Positions 17,414 to 25,844 of a stretch of DNA of 64,000 nucleotides are shown piece after piece. Location: positions 1 through 64,000 of the IMG/VR virus record IMGVR_UViG_3300033121_000370; one strand, 5' to 3'. The notes beneath the pieces are model-generated. The model ran no database searches. It was not told the DNA's origin and saw only the letters and a program-made list of their open reading frames with translations. Origin of the DNA: a virus. Taxonomy: Duplodnaviria > Caudoviricetes. The position numbers were made by a program, and so were the translations under genes. Numbering within the stretch: position 1 is the stretch's first letter; each line of letters starts with the position of its first letter.

Positions 17414-18631
17414 ATGAAGGTATTCGAGGGAATCCGTGTGCCTATCAAGGCTTGGACAGACGGGGTAGAGTTAGAGGATGAGGCCAAGCAACAGCTAGTT
17501 AACCTTAGCTCTCTCCCGTTCGTACACAAGCACGTAGCTGTTATGCCTGACGTTCACTGGGGCAAAGGAGCTACGGTTGGCTCAGTCATAGCTACCAAGG
17601 GTGCTGTAGTCCCAGCTGCTGTAGGTGTAGACATAGGCTGTGGCATGATTGCCTGTATGACGAGCCTAGTAGCCAATGATTTGCCAGATAACCTATCACA
17701 AATACGCTCAGCTATAGAGCAAGCTGTGCCCCACGGACGTTCAGATAACGGAGGCTTGGCTGATAAAGGAAGACATCTAGGAGAGTTACCTAGTGAGGCT
17801 TCCAGTAATTTCCTAAGCTTACTAAATAGCCTGAACCAAATAGTAGAAGCAGCCCCCATTCTTGCTAAGCCAGCTGCTGCCTGTAGCCGACACATGGGCA
17901 CTCTTGGTACCGGCAATCACTTCATTGAGATTTGCCTAGACGAGGCTGACCGGGTTTGGATTATGCTCCACTCAGGTAGCCGGGGTATCGGTAACGCTAT
18001 CGGTACCTACTACATCAACAAGGCCAAGGAAGAGATGCGTAAGTACTTCATCAACCTTCCTGATGCAGACTTAGCCTATCTCCCAGAGGATACTCAGGCG
18101 TACAAGGAGTACCTAAGAGCTGTAGAGTGGGCTCAGGAGTTTTCAAAGGCTAATCGGGAAACCATGATGAGCCTTGTTGTATCCAGCTTGAAGAAGTCCT
18201 TAGGCCGAGAATTTACAAGCGCTGTGGTAGCTGTGAACTGCCATCACAACTATGTCTCTACTGAGAGACACTACGGAGAGAACTTGGTTATCACCCGTAA
18301 GGGTGCAGTATCTGCTAGGGAAGGGGAACTAGGCATTATCCCCGGCTCTATGGGTGCTAAGTCCTACATTGTCCGAGGTAAGGGCAACCGGGAGAGTTTC
18401 TGTAGCTGTTCCCACGGAGCAGGGCGTAGGTTATCTCGCAACAAGGCAAGGGAAGCTTTCACCCTTGAAGACCATGCTAGGGCAACTGCTGGTGTTGAGT
18501 GCCGTAAGGATGCCGAGGTCTTGGATGAGACACCGGGAGCCTATAAGGACATTGACGCAGTTATGCAAGCTCAAGCCGACCTAGTGGACATTGTTCACAC
18601 ACTAAAGCAGTTGGTTTGTATCAAAGGTTGA
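17414..18631 (+). CDS. rtcB: RtcB RNA ligase
   Basis: MPDVHWGKG, AVGVDIGCGM, GTLGTGNHF, HSGSRG, CHHNY, HGAGR, DETPGAYKDI, C-terminal KG. Confidence 0.95.
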   Translation: MKVFEGIRVPIKAWTDGVELEDEAKQQLVNLSSLPFVHKHVAVMPDVHWGKGATVGSVIATKGAVVPAAVGVDIGCGMIACMTSLVANDLPDNLSQIRSAIEQAVPHGRSDNGGLADKGRHLGELPSEASSNFLSLLNSLNQIVEAAPILAKPAAACSRHMGTLGTGNHFIEICLDEADRVWIMLHSGSRGIGNAIGTYYINKAKEEMRKYFINLPDADLAYLPEDTQAYKEYLRAVEWAQEFSKANRETMMSLVVSSLKKSLGREFTSAVVAVNCHHNYVSTERHYGENLVITRKGAVSAREGELGIIPGSMGAKSYIVRGKGNRESFCSCSHGAGRRLSRNKAREAFTLEDHARATAGVECRKDAEVLDETPGAYKDIDAVMQAQADLVDIVHTLKQLVCIKG

Positions 18632-18645
18632 AGGAGTAACTAGCT

Positions 18646-18858
18646 ATGCTAAATATAGGAAAATTGGTAAGGGACGTTGTAGCCCTCTCATCTGTAGGGA
18701 TTATCTCCTTCTTTTTTGGCCAAGGGGTAATGCTAGCTCTATTGAATATACCTTGGTGGGTACTAATGCTTAGCTGTGCGGTGGCTACTTTACCAGTATC
18801 CGTGCGCTATCTAGCAGAGTCTGGAGATACGAGGATTGGCCGCGATGAAGGCTGCTAA
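18646..18858 (+). CDS. small membrane protein
   Basis: two hydrophobic segments; AGGAGTAAC RBS. Confidence 0.55.
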   Translation: MLNIGKLVRDVVALSSVGIISFFFGQGVMLALLNIPWWVLMLSCAVATLPVSVRYLAESGDTRIGRDEGC

Positions 18859-19162
18859 GCTCCTCCAGCTTGGAGTAGCCCTTATCCTATCAACAACAGC
18901 GGCCAGTGCTAACACAGACTTAACCCTATCTGACAAGCCTATGTTCCTGAAGGTTCAGCTACCTAGTGGTGAGTGGAGGGATGTAAATGTTACAGTTGTT
19001 GAAGAAGTTCCTGGGCCTAACTACGCCTTTGCCCCCGGTGCTGAGAACCAAAAAAGTAGGTGCCTTGTATACATCGAACGTAAGCACCTTCAGTTCCTCT
19101 GGCACGAGCTTGACCACTGTAGGGGCAAGAGGCACCCCCGGAGCGATTATACCCCCGGTTGA
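18836..19162 (+). CDS. secreted hypothetical protein with HExxH motif
   Basis: signal-peptide-like N-terminus; WHELDHC. Confidence 0.5.
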   Translation: MAAMKAAKLLQLGVALILSTTAASANTDLTLSDKPMFLKVQLPSGEWRDVNVTVVEEVPGPNYAFAPGAENQKSRCLVYIERKHLQFLWHELDHCRGKRHPRSDYTPG

Positions 19163-19266
19163 GTGTACCCTCAGAGACCAGATAGACTTTATCAACTTGG
19201 TACTTCTTCTAGGCAAGAAAGACTTACTAGAAGAGAGCCTAGCAAAGTTAGGAGATACCAACAATT

Positions 19267-21057
19267 ATGCCTGAACTTACCCCTGACGAGAGAGCAAGAG
19301 TTATCGGAGCATTAGAAAGGACTAATGCTATCCTAGAAGGAATTCCCTTCAGAGAGGAGTTCTATCTAAGTTACCGGGACGGAAGACCTATTCCTGAGTC
19401 CGCCCTTAGCTTCAGTATTGCCTTACCTCTTTCTGAGAAGAAACGTTGGTGCTTTTTTAAGCTCCACAGCAACGGTCGAAGAGATTTCCGAGAAATGAGC
19501 CTTAGCGGGGCTGACCTCCGCGGGGCTGACCTCCGCGGGGCTGACCTCAGCTGGGCTAACCTTAGCGGGGCTAACCTTAGCGGGGCTAACCTTAGCGGGG
19601 TTGGCCTCCGCAGGGCTGACCTTAGCGAGGCTAACCTCAGCTGGGCTAACCTTAGCGAGGCTAACCTTAGCGGGGCTAATCTCAGCAGGGCTGACCTTAG
19701 CGAGGCTAACCTTAGCGGGGCTAATCTCAGCAGGGCTGACCTCAGCAGGGCTGACCTCAGCAGGGCTGACCTCAGCAGGGCTGACCTTAGCGAGGCTGAC
19801 CTCAGCAGGGCTGACCTCAGCAGGGCTAATCTCAGCAGGGCTAATCTCAGCAGGGCTGACCTTAGCGAGGTTACTCTTGTGGGGGTTGACCTCCGCGGGG
19901 CTGACCTCCGCGGGGCTGACCTCCGCGGGGCTACTATTACTTCACCTACTACAGAGGGGAAACCTGACCCAATGTCTATATATGAACCAGTAGAGAGGGC
20001 TATAGGCAGAAAGACGCCGCCTACCTTAATGAATTACTCGGACTCACCGGCAGCTGTGTACGGGGGAGCCTATGTTGTAACAGCTGCCGAGCTAGCCAAG
20101 ATTACCGAAGGGGTTAAGCGAAGTAAAAACAACACCCTCCCTGATTTACTCCTTATGGGGGTAGAGCTTGAGGTAGAGCCCTTTGACACACAGGCTAGTC
20201 TTCCTGACGAAGAGGCCCGACGCCTAGCTAAAAGCGTAGCTGGGTGGGCCATCCTTAAGTCTGATGGTTCCTTGGGAAGAGGAGGCCGAGAGATTGTTAC
20301 CCGGCCTATGACCTTGGATGCCCATAGAGTAGCTTGGATGGAGTTCTTCAGGGACAAGCCTCACGAATACCTATCATCCTGGAAGAGTGGGCGCTGTGGC
20401 TTACACGTACACCTAAACAGGGCTGCTATTAGCCCCCTAACAGAGGGTAAACTAATCAGCTTCCTGAATGCTCCGAGTAACGTAAAGTTTACTCAGGACA
20501 TTGCTGGGCGTAACTTACTCCACAATGAATACGCTGCTATCGCTCCCCTAAAGAAGATAACAGAAGGCTTTAGAAGACACCGAGTAACATCTGGTGGACC
20601 TATGAAGAGATTGCTAACTGGGGGAAACCGCACAGGTAGTCGCCACACAGCTACAAACATCTCTCAGCGCAACAGTGGGACTACCTTGGAGGTAAGAATC
20701 TTCCGAGGTAACATTGGGCGCAACGGGGTGTTTCGGGTATTGGAGTTCCTGCACGCCCTTGTTAGCTACCTTAGCCTGAACACTAACTCAGCCACTACGG
20801 TAGACAACTGGCTGGATTTTGTAACTTGGTTCGGAGAGCCAGAAAATTCCAAGGCTTACCCCGAGTTCTACCAGTGGCTCCTTGTGAAGAAGTACCTGTT
20901 TCCTAAACCTATCAGAAACATTAGCAAAGCTCCCCAGCTCCTGCGAGAGAAGAAAGTAGCTTTGCTGAAGTTCAGCCTGGGAGAGGATGAGCCTACAGAT
21001 ATGGTAAAGGAACAACCCAACGGAGAGGAGACAAGCGAAGCATGTGTGTCATTCTAG
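19267..21057 (+). CDS. pentapeptide-repeat protein fused to a COOH-NH2 ligase (amidoligase_2-type) domain
   Basis: 29 (D/N)LSxA repeats, then GVELEVE, KSDGSL, EIVT, CGLHVH, TLEVRIFRG. Confidence 0.85.
   Translation: MPELTPDERARVIGALERTNAILEGIPFREEFYLSYRDGRPIPESALSFSIALPLSEKKRWCFFKLHSNGRRDFREMSLSGADLRGADLRGADLSWANLSGANLSGANLSGVGLRRADLSEANLSWANLSEANLSGANLSRADLSEANLSGANLSRADLSRADLSRADLSRADLSEADLSRADLSRANLSRANLSRADLSEVTLVGVDLRGADLRGADLRGATITSPTTEGKPDPMSIYEPVERAIGRKTPPTLMNYSDSPAAVYGGAYVVTAAELAKITEGVKRSKNNTLPDLLLMGVELEVEPFDTQASLPDEEARRLAKSVAGWAILKSDGSLGRGGREIVTRPMTLDAHRVAWMEFFRDKPHEYLSSWKSGRCGLHVHLNRAAISPLTEGKLISFLNAPSNVKFTQDIAGRNLLHNEYAAIAPLKKITEGFRRHRVTSGGPMKRLLTGGNRTGSRHTATNISQRNSGTTLEVRIFRGNIGRNGVFRVLEFLHALVSYLSLNTNSATTVDNWLDFVTWFGEPENSKAYPEFYQWLLVKKYLFPKPIRNISKAPQLLREKKVALLKFSLGEDEPTDMVKEQPNGEETSEACVSF
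19498..19932 (+). repeat. 29 x 15-nt tandem repeat encoding pentapeptides
   Basis: units such as GACCTCAGCAGGGCT, AACCTTAGCGGGGCT, GACCTCCGCGGGGCT recur identically. Confidence 0.95.
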
Positions 21058-22040
21058 AAATACCACCCGGTGTAAAGGTATCCCGAAAAACTCTTGAGAT
21101 TTGCTACGATAATAACCCACACGGCTGGGGTATTATGTGGCACGAGCCCACCGAGAATAAGATTTGGTACGCAAAGGACACAACATCCTTTGATAAGTTC
21201 TGGGATGTGTGGAAGGATGTTCCCGAGGATACTCCCCGAGGTGTTCACTTCCGCATCAAGACCCACGGCAAGGTAGACAGGGACAACTGCCACCCGTTCT
21301 TTATCTCCCAGAACCTAGGACTTATGCACAACGGAGTCTTGGATGTAGAAGAAGCCAACAAAGCTTTCTCTGACACTTGGCACTTCGTAGAGTATGACCT
21401 GAAGCCTCTTCTACAGCTAGGTGATACCAGTCTGCTGCAACCGGGTATGCCCTTGAGTGAGGTAATAGAAGACTTCGTAAGCGTAGGCTCTCGCCTTCTG
21501 TTCATGGATAACCTAGGGGAGACTGTACGCTTCGGTAAGTCTTGGCACGAGGAGAACGGGGTCTTCTACAGTAACTCCTACTCCCATAAGTCTAAGAAGC
21601 ACACGTATACATCCTTTAAGGGAAAAGATGCTTACGACGACTACTGGGAGCAGCGGGCCAACTATTCCTACAGGGCTCCCCCGGCCCCTCCACCACCAAC
21701 AACAACGGAGAAAGACCTGAAGCTAATAGAAAAAGAGGTTAGCCAAACCCTTACTGAAGAGGAGAAGGCCGAGGGTATTGAACTTCTGGATATTGAGTTT
21801 GATACCTATGACAAGGCTAACAAGTACCGCAAGGAAAACGGTGGCTTTGTTCGGGTATCCAAGGGAGTCTTTACCGTGTGTAATACCCGAGTGAAAGTCC
21901 CCAAGGAGACTACTTCTGGAGTGCTTAAGTCTGTAACTAGCCTCACGGACTTCAGCTTTCTTTCAGATGCGGAGAAGCTGGAGTACATTAAGACGTACCC
22001 AGAAGATACCTTGGATTTACTGTACGAAGCAATCCTGTAA
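21042..22040 (+). CDS. class II (Ntn) glutamine amidotransferase
   Basis: MCVI N-terminal Cys, NPHGWG, HFRIKTHG, NCHPF, MHNG, SDT. Confidence 0.85.
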   Translation: MCVILEIPPGVKVSRKTLEICYDNNPHGWGIMWHEPTENKIWYAKDTTSFDKFWDVWKDVPEDTPRGVHFRIKTHGKVDRDNCHPFFISQNLGLMHNGVLDVEEANKAFSDTWHFVEYDLKPLLQLGDTSLLQPGMPLSEVIEDFVSVGSRLLFMDNLGETVRFGKSWHEENGVFYSNSYSHKSKKHTYTSFKGKDAYDDYWEQRANYSYRAPPAPPPPTTTEKDLKLIEKEVSQTLTEEEKAEGIELLDIEFDTYDKANKYRKENGGFVRVSKGVFTVCNTRVKVPKETTSGVLKSVTSLTDFSFLSDAEKLEYIKTYPEDTLDLLYEAIL

Positions 22041-22066
22041 CACAACGAAGGAAAGGAACCACTATT

Positions 22067-22921
22067 ATGCCGCAAGTACCAGCAACAGCGCCTGAGGGAA
22101 CCGCGCCACCGGCTCCCAAGCGTATCGGACCCAGCTTAAAGGCTACCAAGCTCCTGAGTATCCTTGTAAGCAAGCGTATTGACTTATCAGATTCCCGACA
22201 GCTAAAGGTTGTACGGGTTATCCTAGATGAAATTAAGAAGGACTACCCACGCTTCAGTACTCTACAGTTCCTGGATAAGGTACAAGCAGCGGCTGAAGAG
22301 ATAAGTGCTAAAGAAAAAAAACTCTCGGAAAAGCAGCGAGTTGTGCTAGGCGAGATAGCAGCTTTAAAGACGCACTTTGAAGAGCTAGTTGAGGCAAGAG
22401 AAGCCGCCTTAAGCAAACTCCGCGATTACAGGGTATGTAGCACTGAACTTGTCTACAAGGTATTCCTTCCCCTCACAGACAGTAATATAAATAGGGAACT
22501 TGCGGCAGAGTACTCCTGCGGGCGTCCTCCACATCGTGAAGTACTGAGTAACTACCGAGTGAACGACATTCTGTGTAAGCCAGCTTGTAAGTCCAGGCTT
22601 ACACAGGGGTTCATCTGGTCTACGGTAGCTCCAGCTATCTCAGCGCTTTGGCTAGAAGAGTTAGCCCCTAAAGCAGACTTGTTCTTCGACATTGACGAAT
22701 ATAAGGATGCTGAAAGAAGTCCCGGTAGCCAGCTCTTAGGTATCCCGGTGGATGAGCTTGGTAAGAAAATCTACGACTTAGTGAACACGCTGGTCTCCAA
22801 GGAAATTAGGAAAGTCTGGGCCAAGACTACCCAGCTGGAGGGAGAGAACAACCCTATAGTAGAAGTACCTAAGCTGATAGAGGCTGTAGTCGAATCTTGG
22901 GAAAAGGAAGGAAAGAACTAA
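22067..22921 (+). CDS. hypothetical protein
   Basis: 284-aa ORF with an AAGGAA RBS. Confidence 0.6.
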   Translation: MPQVPATAPEGTAPPAPKRIGPSLKATKLLSILVSKRIDLSDSRQLKVVRVILDEIKKDYPRFSTLQFLDKVQAAAEEISAKEKKLSEKQRVVLGEIAALKTHFEELVEAREAALSKLRDYRVCSTELVYKVFLPLTDSNINRELAAEYSCGRPPHREVLSNYRVNDILCKPACKSRLTQGFIWSTVAPAISALWLEELAPKADLFFDIDEYKDAERSPGSQLLGIPVDELGKKIYDLVNTLVSKEIRKVWAKTTQLEGENNPIVEVPKLIEAVVESWEKEGKN

Positions 22922-22923
22922 CT

Positions 22924-23172
22924 ATGTCTGCAACTAAGAAACTCGGCCCATCAGCCGACGATGTGCTCAGTATGTCTAATGACTTTGCCAAGTTATACCT
23001 AGCCAAGTTAATAGAGCTACTGGACATCGAGGACACAACCGGGACCTTTGGTGACGAAGGCTGGCGAGAGTATCTGTTCAACCAGTACCTAGAACGGAAT
23101 GAAGAGCCCACGCCACAACTACCTCCGGCAACAGCCTTGGTAACTGCTCCAGGTACAGCTACCCTACAATAA
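22924..23172 (+). CDS. hypothetical protein
   Basis: ATG just after the previous stop. Confidence 0.5.
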   Translation: MSATKKLGPSADDVLSMSNDFAKLYLAKLIELLDIEDTTGTFGDEGWREYLFNQYLERNEEPTPQLPPATALVTAPGTATLQ

Positions 23173-23291
23173 CCCAGCTACCCATCTTGGTCTTTCACAA
23201 CCAGGTAAGTTCGCCAAGTAATAAGGCTGGGACTTCGAAGACTAAAAGAAAGTAACTAACCTATCAACAGCAACTAAGGAGAAGACTAACT

Positions 23292-23546
23292 ATGGCTATC
23301 GACTATGTAACCAAGAACGAAGTTGTTACCCGTACCGTAACTGAGACTGTAAAGAAGAACATTGGTGTGATTTACACCTCGGATTCTTCTGACCGTGCTA
23401 TCCGTGTTACCCCGAGCTCATCCTTTCCGGGGCGCTTCACGGTTACCATCAGCAACCCGAACTCTAGCAATGAACTGGCCATCACGCTGAAGCCGCATGA
23501 CCTTGCGGACTTCCTTGATGCCGCTGCTACTCTTGTTAATGTCTAA
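23292..23546 (+). CDS. hypothetical protein
   Basis: AAGGAG RBS, host-like codon bias. Confidence 0.6.
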   Translation: MAIDYVTKNEVVTRTVTETVKKNIGVIYTSDSSDRAIRVTPSSSFPGRFTVTISNPNSSNELAITLKPHDLADFLDAAATLVNV

Positions 23547-23676
23547 AGCGAGAATAGCTAACCCTAGCCTAGCTCTATTTTCTTCTTCTACTAGACATGA
23601 GTCCCGCTGGGCAGTCAACAGTAGAACTTAGAGGTAGAAGCTAGGTGGTTCCCTAGGGGTAGCGAAGCCGTCTTTA

Positions 23677-23722
23677 GCCAAGGGTTCTTCCGGTACCCAA
23701 AAAGTAACCCTTGGCCCCTTTT
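23677..23722 (+). terminator. intrinsic terminator-like hairpin
   Basis: GCCAAGGGTT/AACCCTTGGC stem then CCCTTTT. Confidence 0.5.
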
Positions 23723-23734
23723 ACATCTTTCTTC

Positions 23735-23763
23735 TTGCCCTAGAAGGTAGCTTAGGCTATACT
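23735..23763 (+). promoter_or_regulatory. promoter for the Y-RNA/Ro60 unit
   Basis: TTGCCC-N17-TATACT. Confidence 0.65.
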
Positions 23764-23781
23764 CAGGAAAGAGAGAGAGAT

Positions 23782-23928
23782 TGTACTTGGTAGTGTTAGT
23801 AAGCAGTTACTTCTCATTGGCGAGAGAGACACGGGTTCGATTCCCGTAGCCCTGCCTTATCTATTATGTAGGGCTTCGTCTAGTGGTAGGACACTTAAAT
23901 ATCTGCTTGCGACTGTTCTCCAGGTACA
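23782..23928 (+). ncRNA. yrlA: YrlA-type Y RNA with a permuted tRNA-like domain
   Basis: T-arm ACGGG-TTCGATT-CCCGT, loop-closed acceptor AGCCCTGC/GTAGGGCT, D-arm GTCT-AGTGGTA-GGAC, enclosed by GTAAGCAG/CTGCTTGC and TGTACTTGG/CCAGGTACA; just upstream of Ro60. Confidence 0.85.
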
Positions 23929-23933
23929 GCCTA

Positions 23934-24005
23934 TTTACCTAGTGTTGAGTGCTTCGGTTACTTCTTTCGGTGAAAATACACCGAGGCTATTGTTACCTGG
24001 GTAAA
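23934..24005 (+). ncRNA. short Y-RNA-like hairpin without a tRNA domain
   Basis: TTTACCTAG/CTGGGTAAA and GCTTCGGT/ACCGAGGC; shares TAGTGTT..GTTACTTC and 3' TGTT with the first copy. Confidence 0.65.
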
Positions 24006-24011
24006 CCCCGT

Positions 24012-24083
24012 AGCTGTGGGTAGTGAATAAGTTGGTTTCATCTTGTAAATGACTCGCCAGCTTAGCTGAGTACTCCCACAGCT
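24012..24083 (+). ncRNA. third Y-RNA-like hairpin
   Basis: AGCTGTGGG/CCCACAGCT and TAAGTTGG/CCAGCTTA around a TAGTG internal loop. Confidence 0.5.
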
Positions 24084-24124
24084 TTTCTTCTTGTAACCTC
24101 AATCTAACGGAGTGTCGAATAAAC

Positions 24125-25489
24125 ATGGCTAGTATCAATCAGGCTCGGGCTGTAGCGGCTCGCACAGAAGTAACCCACGGAGGAACTCCTGTCCGCCCGT
24201 ACTCTAACGAGCAGCAGCTTACACGAGCAGTGCTTAGCTGTATGCTTTGGGAAGACCAGTTCTACGAAGATGGCGTAGACATCGCTAAGCGTATCAGCCA
24301 GCTGGTACCTTTGTGTGGGCCTTCATTTGTAGCAGGGCTAGCTATAAAGGCTCGGAAAGAATGGGGTCTTCGCCACGTTCCTCTTCTTCTCACCGTAGAG
24401 ATGCTCAAGCATCCCCTCCACAAGGCCTACGTAAGTGAGGCAATTACTAGTGGAGCTATCCACCGGGCAGATGATATGTCCGAACTCTTGGCTCTTTATT
24501 GGAAAGATGGAAAGAAGCCGCTTGCCAAGCAGCTAAAGAAGGGACTTGCTACAGTTTTCACCAGGTTCAACAGCTATGCACTTGCCAAGTATAAGGGTTT
24601 TGACAAGGCTGTATCCCTACGTGACGTTCTGTTTATGGTACACCCTAAGCCAAAGAACGCTGAGCAAGCTAAGACTTTCAAGGAGTTAGCCGATAAGACA
24701 ATTGCTTCCCCGGATACTTGGGAAGTTGCCTTGTCAGGTGGGGCTAATAAGAAGGAAACATTTACCCGGCTTATCCAAGAGAGTAAGCTAGGCGGCCTCG
24801 CCCTGCTACGTAACATCCGTAACATGGAACAGGCAGGTGTGGATAAAGCTATCATAACCTTGGCTTTGGATAACATGGACTGCTCCCTCATTGAGCCCTT
24901 CCGGTTTATCGCCTGTAACAAGTATGCTAGCCCGGCACTAGAGCCAGCTATTGAGCGAGCCTTTCTCCGGGCCAGTAAGGCTTACCAAAGCCAAGCACTA
25001 GCTGCTAAATCTGTAGCAGTTCTTGTAGACCACTCGGGCTCTATGTTCCACACCAAGGTGTCGGCTAAGTCTGAGCTAGAGCGCTTCGATGCTGCTGTAG
25101 CCTTGGCAGCTATTGTTCGGGAAGCTTTTGATAACACTAGAGTTTTTAGCTTCGAGAATAAAGTAACTGAGGTTAAGCCACGTCACGGCTTCAGTCTTAT
25201 AGATGAGGTCAGGCGCTGCCCGAGCGGTGGAACTAAGCTGTTCGATGCCCTGCACCTAGTAAAGGACACGGTTAATCCAGATATTATAATCTGCATCACT
25301 GATGAACAAGACACAGGTGGTACTCACCACAGTATGCCTGACCTTAGCAAAGGTCAGCGAGGCTTTATCATTAATGTAGGCAGCTACAAGAATGGCATTA
25401 GCCACGGCCAGTGGACTAACATCACAGGGTTCTCGGATGCTGTGGTTAGGTACATTGTGGCTGACTTAAAAGGGTGTGAGGCTCTATAA
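24125..25489 (+). CDS. rsr: Ro60/TROVE-vWA RNA-binding protein (Rsr)
   Basis: LWEDQFYEDG, LRHVP, RADDMSELL, YALAKY, LRDVLF, DTWE, ALLRNIRN; vWA DHSGS..TDEQ. Confidence 0.95.
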   Translation: MASINQARAVAARTEVTHGGTPVRPYSNEQQLTRAVLSCMLWEDQFYEDGVDIAKRISQLVPLCGPSFVAGLAIKARKEWGLRHVPLLLTVEMLKHPLHKAYVSEAITSGAIHRADDMSELLALYWKDGKKPLAKQLKKGLATVFTRFNSYALAKYKGFDKAVSLRDVLFMVHPKPKNAEQAKTFKELADKTIASPDTWEVALSGGANKKETFTRLIQESKLGGLALLRNIRNMEQAGVDKAIITLALDNMDCSLIEPFRFIACNKYASPALEPAIERAFLRASKAYQSQALAAKSVAVLVDHSGSMFHTKVSAKSELERFDAAVALAAIVREAFDNTRVFSFENKVTEVKPRHGFSLIDEVRRCPSGGTKLFDALHLVKDTVNPDIIICITDEQDTGGTHHSMPDLSKGQRGFIINVGSYKNGISHGQWTNITGFSDAVVRYIVADLKGCEAL

Positions 25490-25547
25490 TCCTCCTCTAA
25501 GTCCCTACTAAGGGCCACCGGGAGTAGCTACCCGGTGAAGAGTTTAC

Positions 25548-25651
25548 GCACAGGTATCCAAGTGGCAACTGGCAAAGCCAGCCCGCTTGCGGGTAAGGAC
25601 GGGGACTGTACCGAAAGGGGTACGTTAGTTCGAATCTAGCCCTGTGCACCA
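25548..25651 (+). tRNA. tRNA-like RNA with a 28-nt D-loop insertion and no pairable anticodon stem
   Basis: acceptor GCACAGG/CCTGTGC, A73, encoded CCA, T-arm GTTAG-TTCGAAT-CTAGC; after GGGGACTGTA the complementary strand is absent. Confidence 0.7.
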
Positions 25652-25662
25652 CCCATAGCTTT

Positions 25663-25826
25663 CTCTAGGTGGGGCGTATAGATTCACGGATGAGCCTAAG
25701 TACTTAGTACCTCTGGGCCACATCGAGGTCGGGAGAGGTGTAGCTACCTAATGGTGATGAAGCTGCTTCTTAACCTTGGAAACCCGGATACGCTAAAGGC
25801 TTTCTAGAGGCCGTGCCCACCTAGAG
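25663..25826 (+). ncRNA. candidate 164-nt structured RNA with a long-range pseudoknot
   Basis: 11-bp CTCTAGGTGGG/CCCACCTAGAG, CACGG/CCGTG, AGCCT/AGGCT, TACCTCT/AGAGGTG, TAGCT/AGCTG; GCGTAT pairs with ATACGC. Confidence 0.6.
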
Positions 25827-25844
25827 GATTACCTAAATACAAGA

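Noticed and set aside
19498-19932. Diversity-generating retroelement TR/VR pair
   Set aside because: No reverse transcriptase in the window, and the variation is not adenine-specific
19601-19993. Repetitive ORF (SAGLTLARL..) resembling an ice-nucleation-type repeat protein
   Set aside because: It is the alternate frame of the 15-nt pentapeptide repeat; TTG start and no RBS
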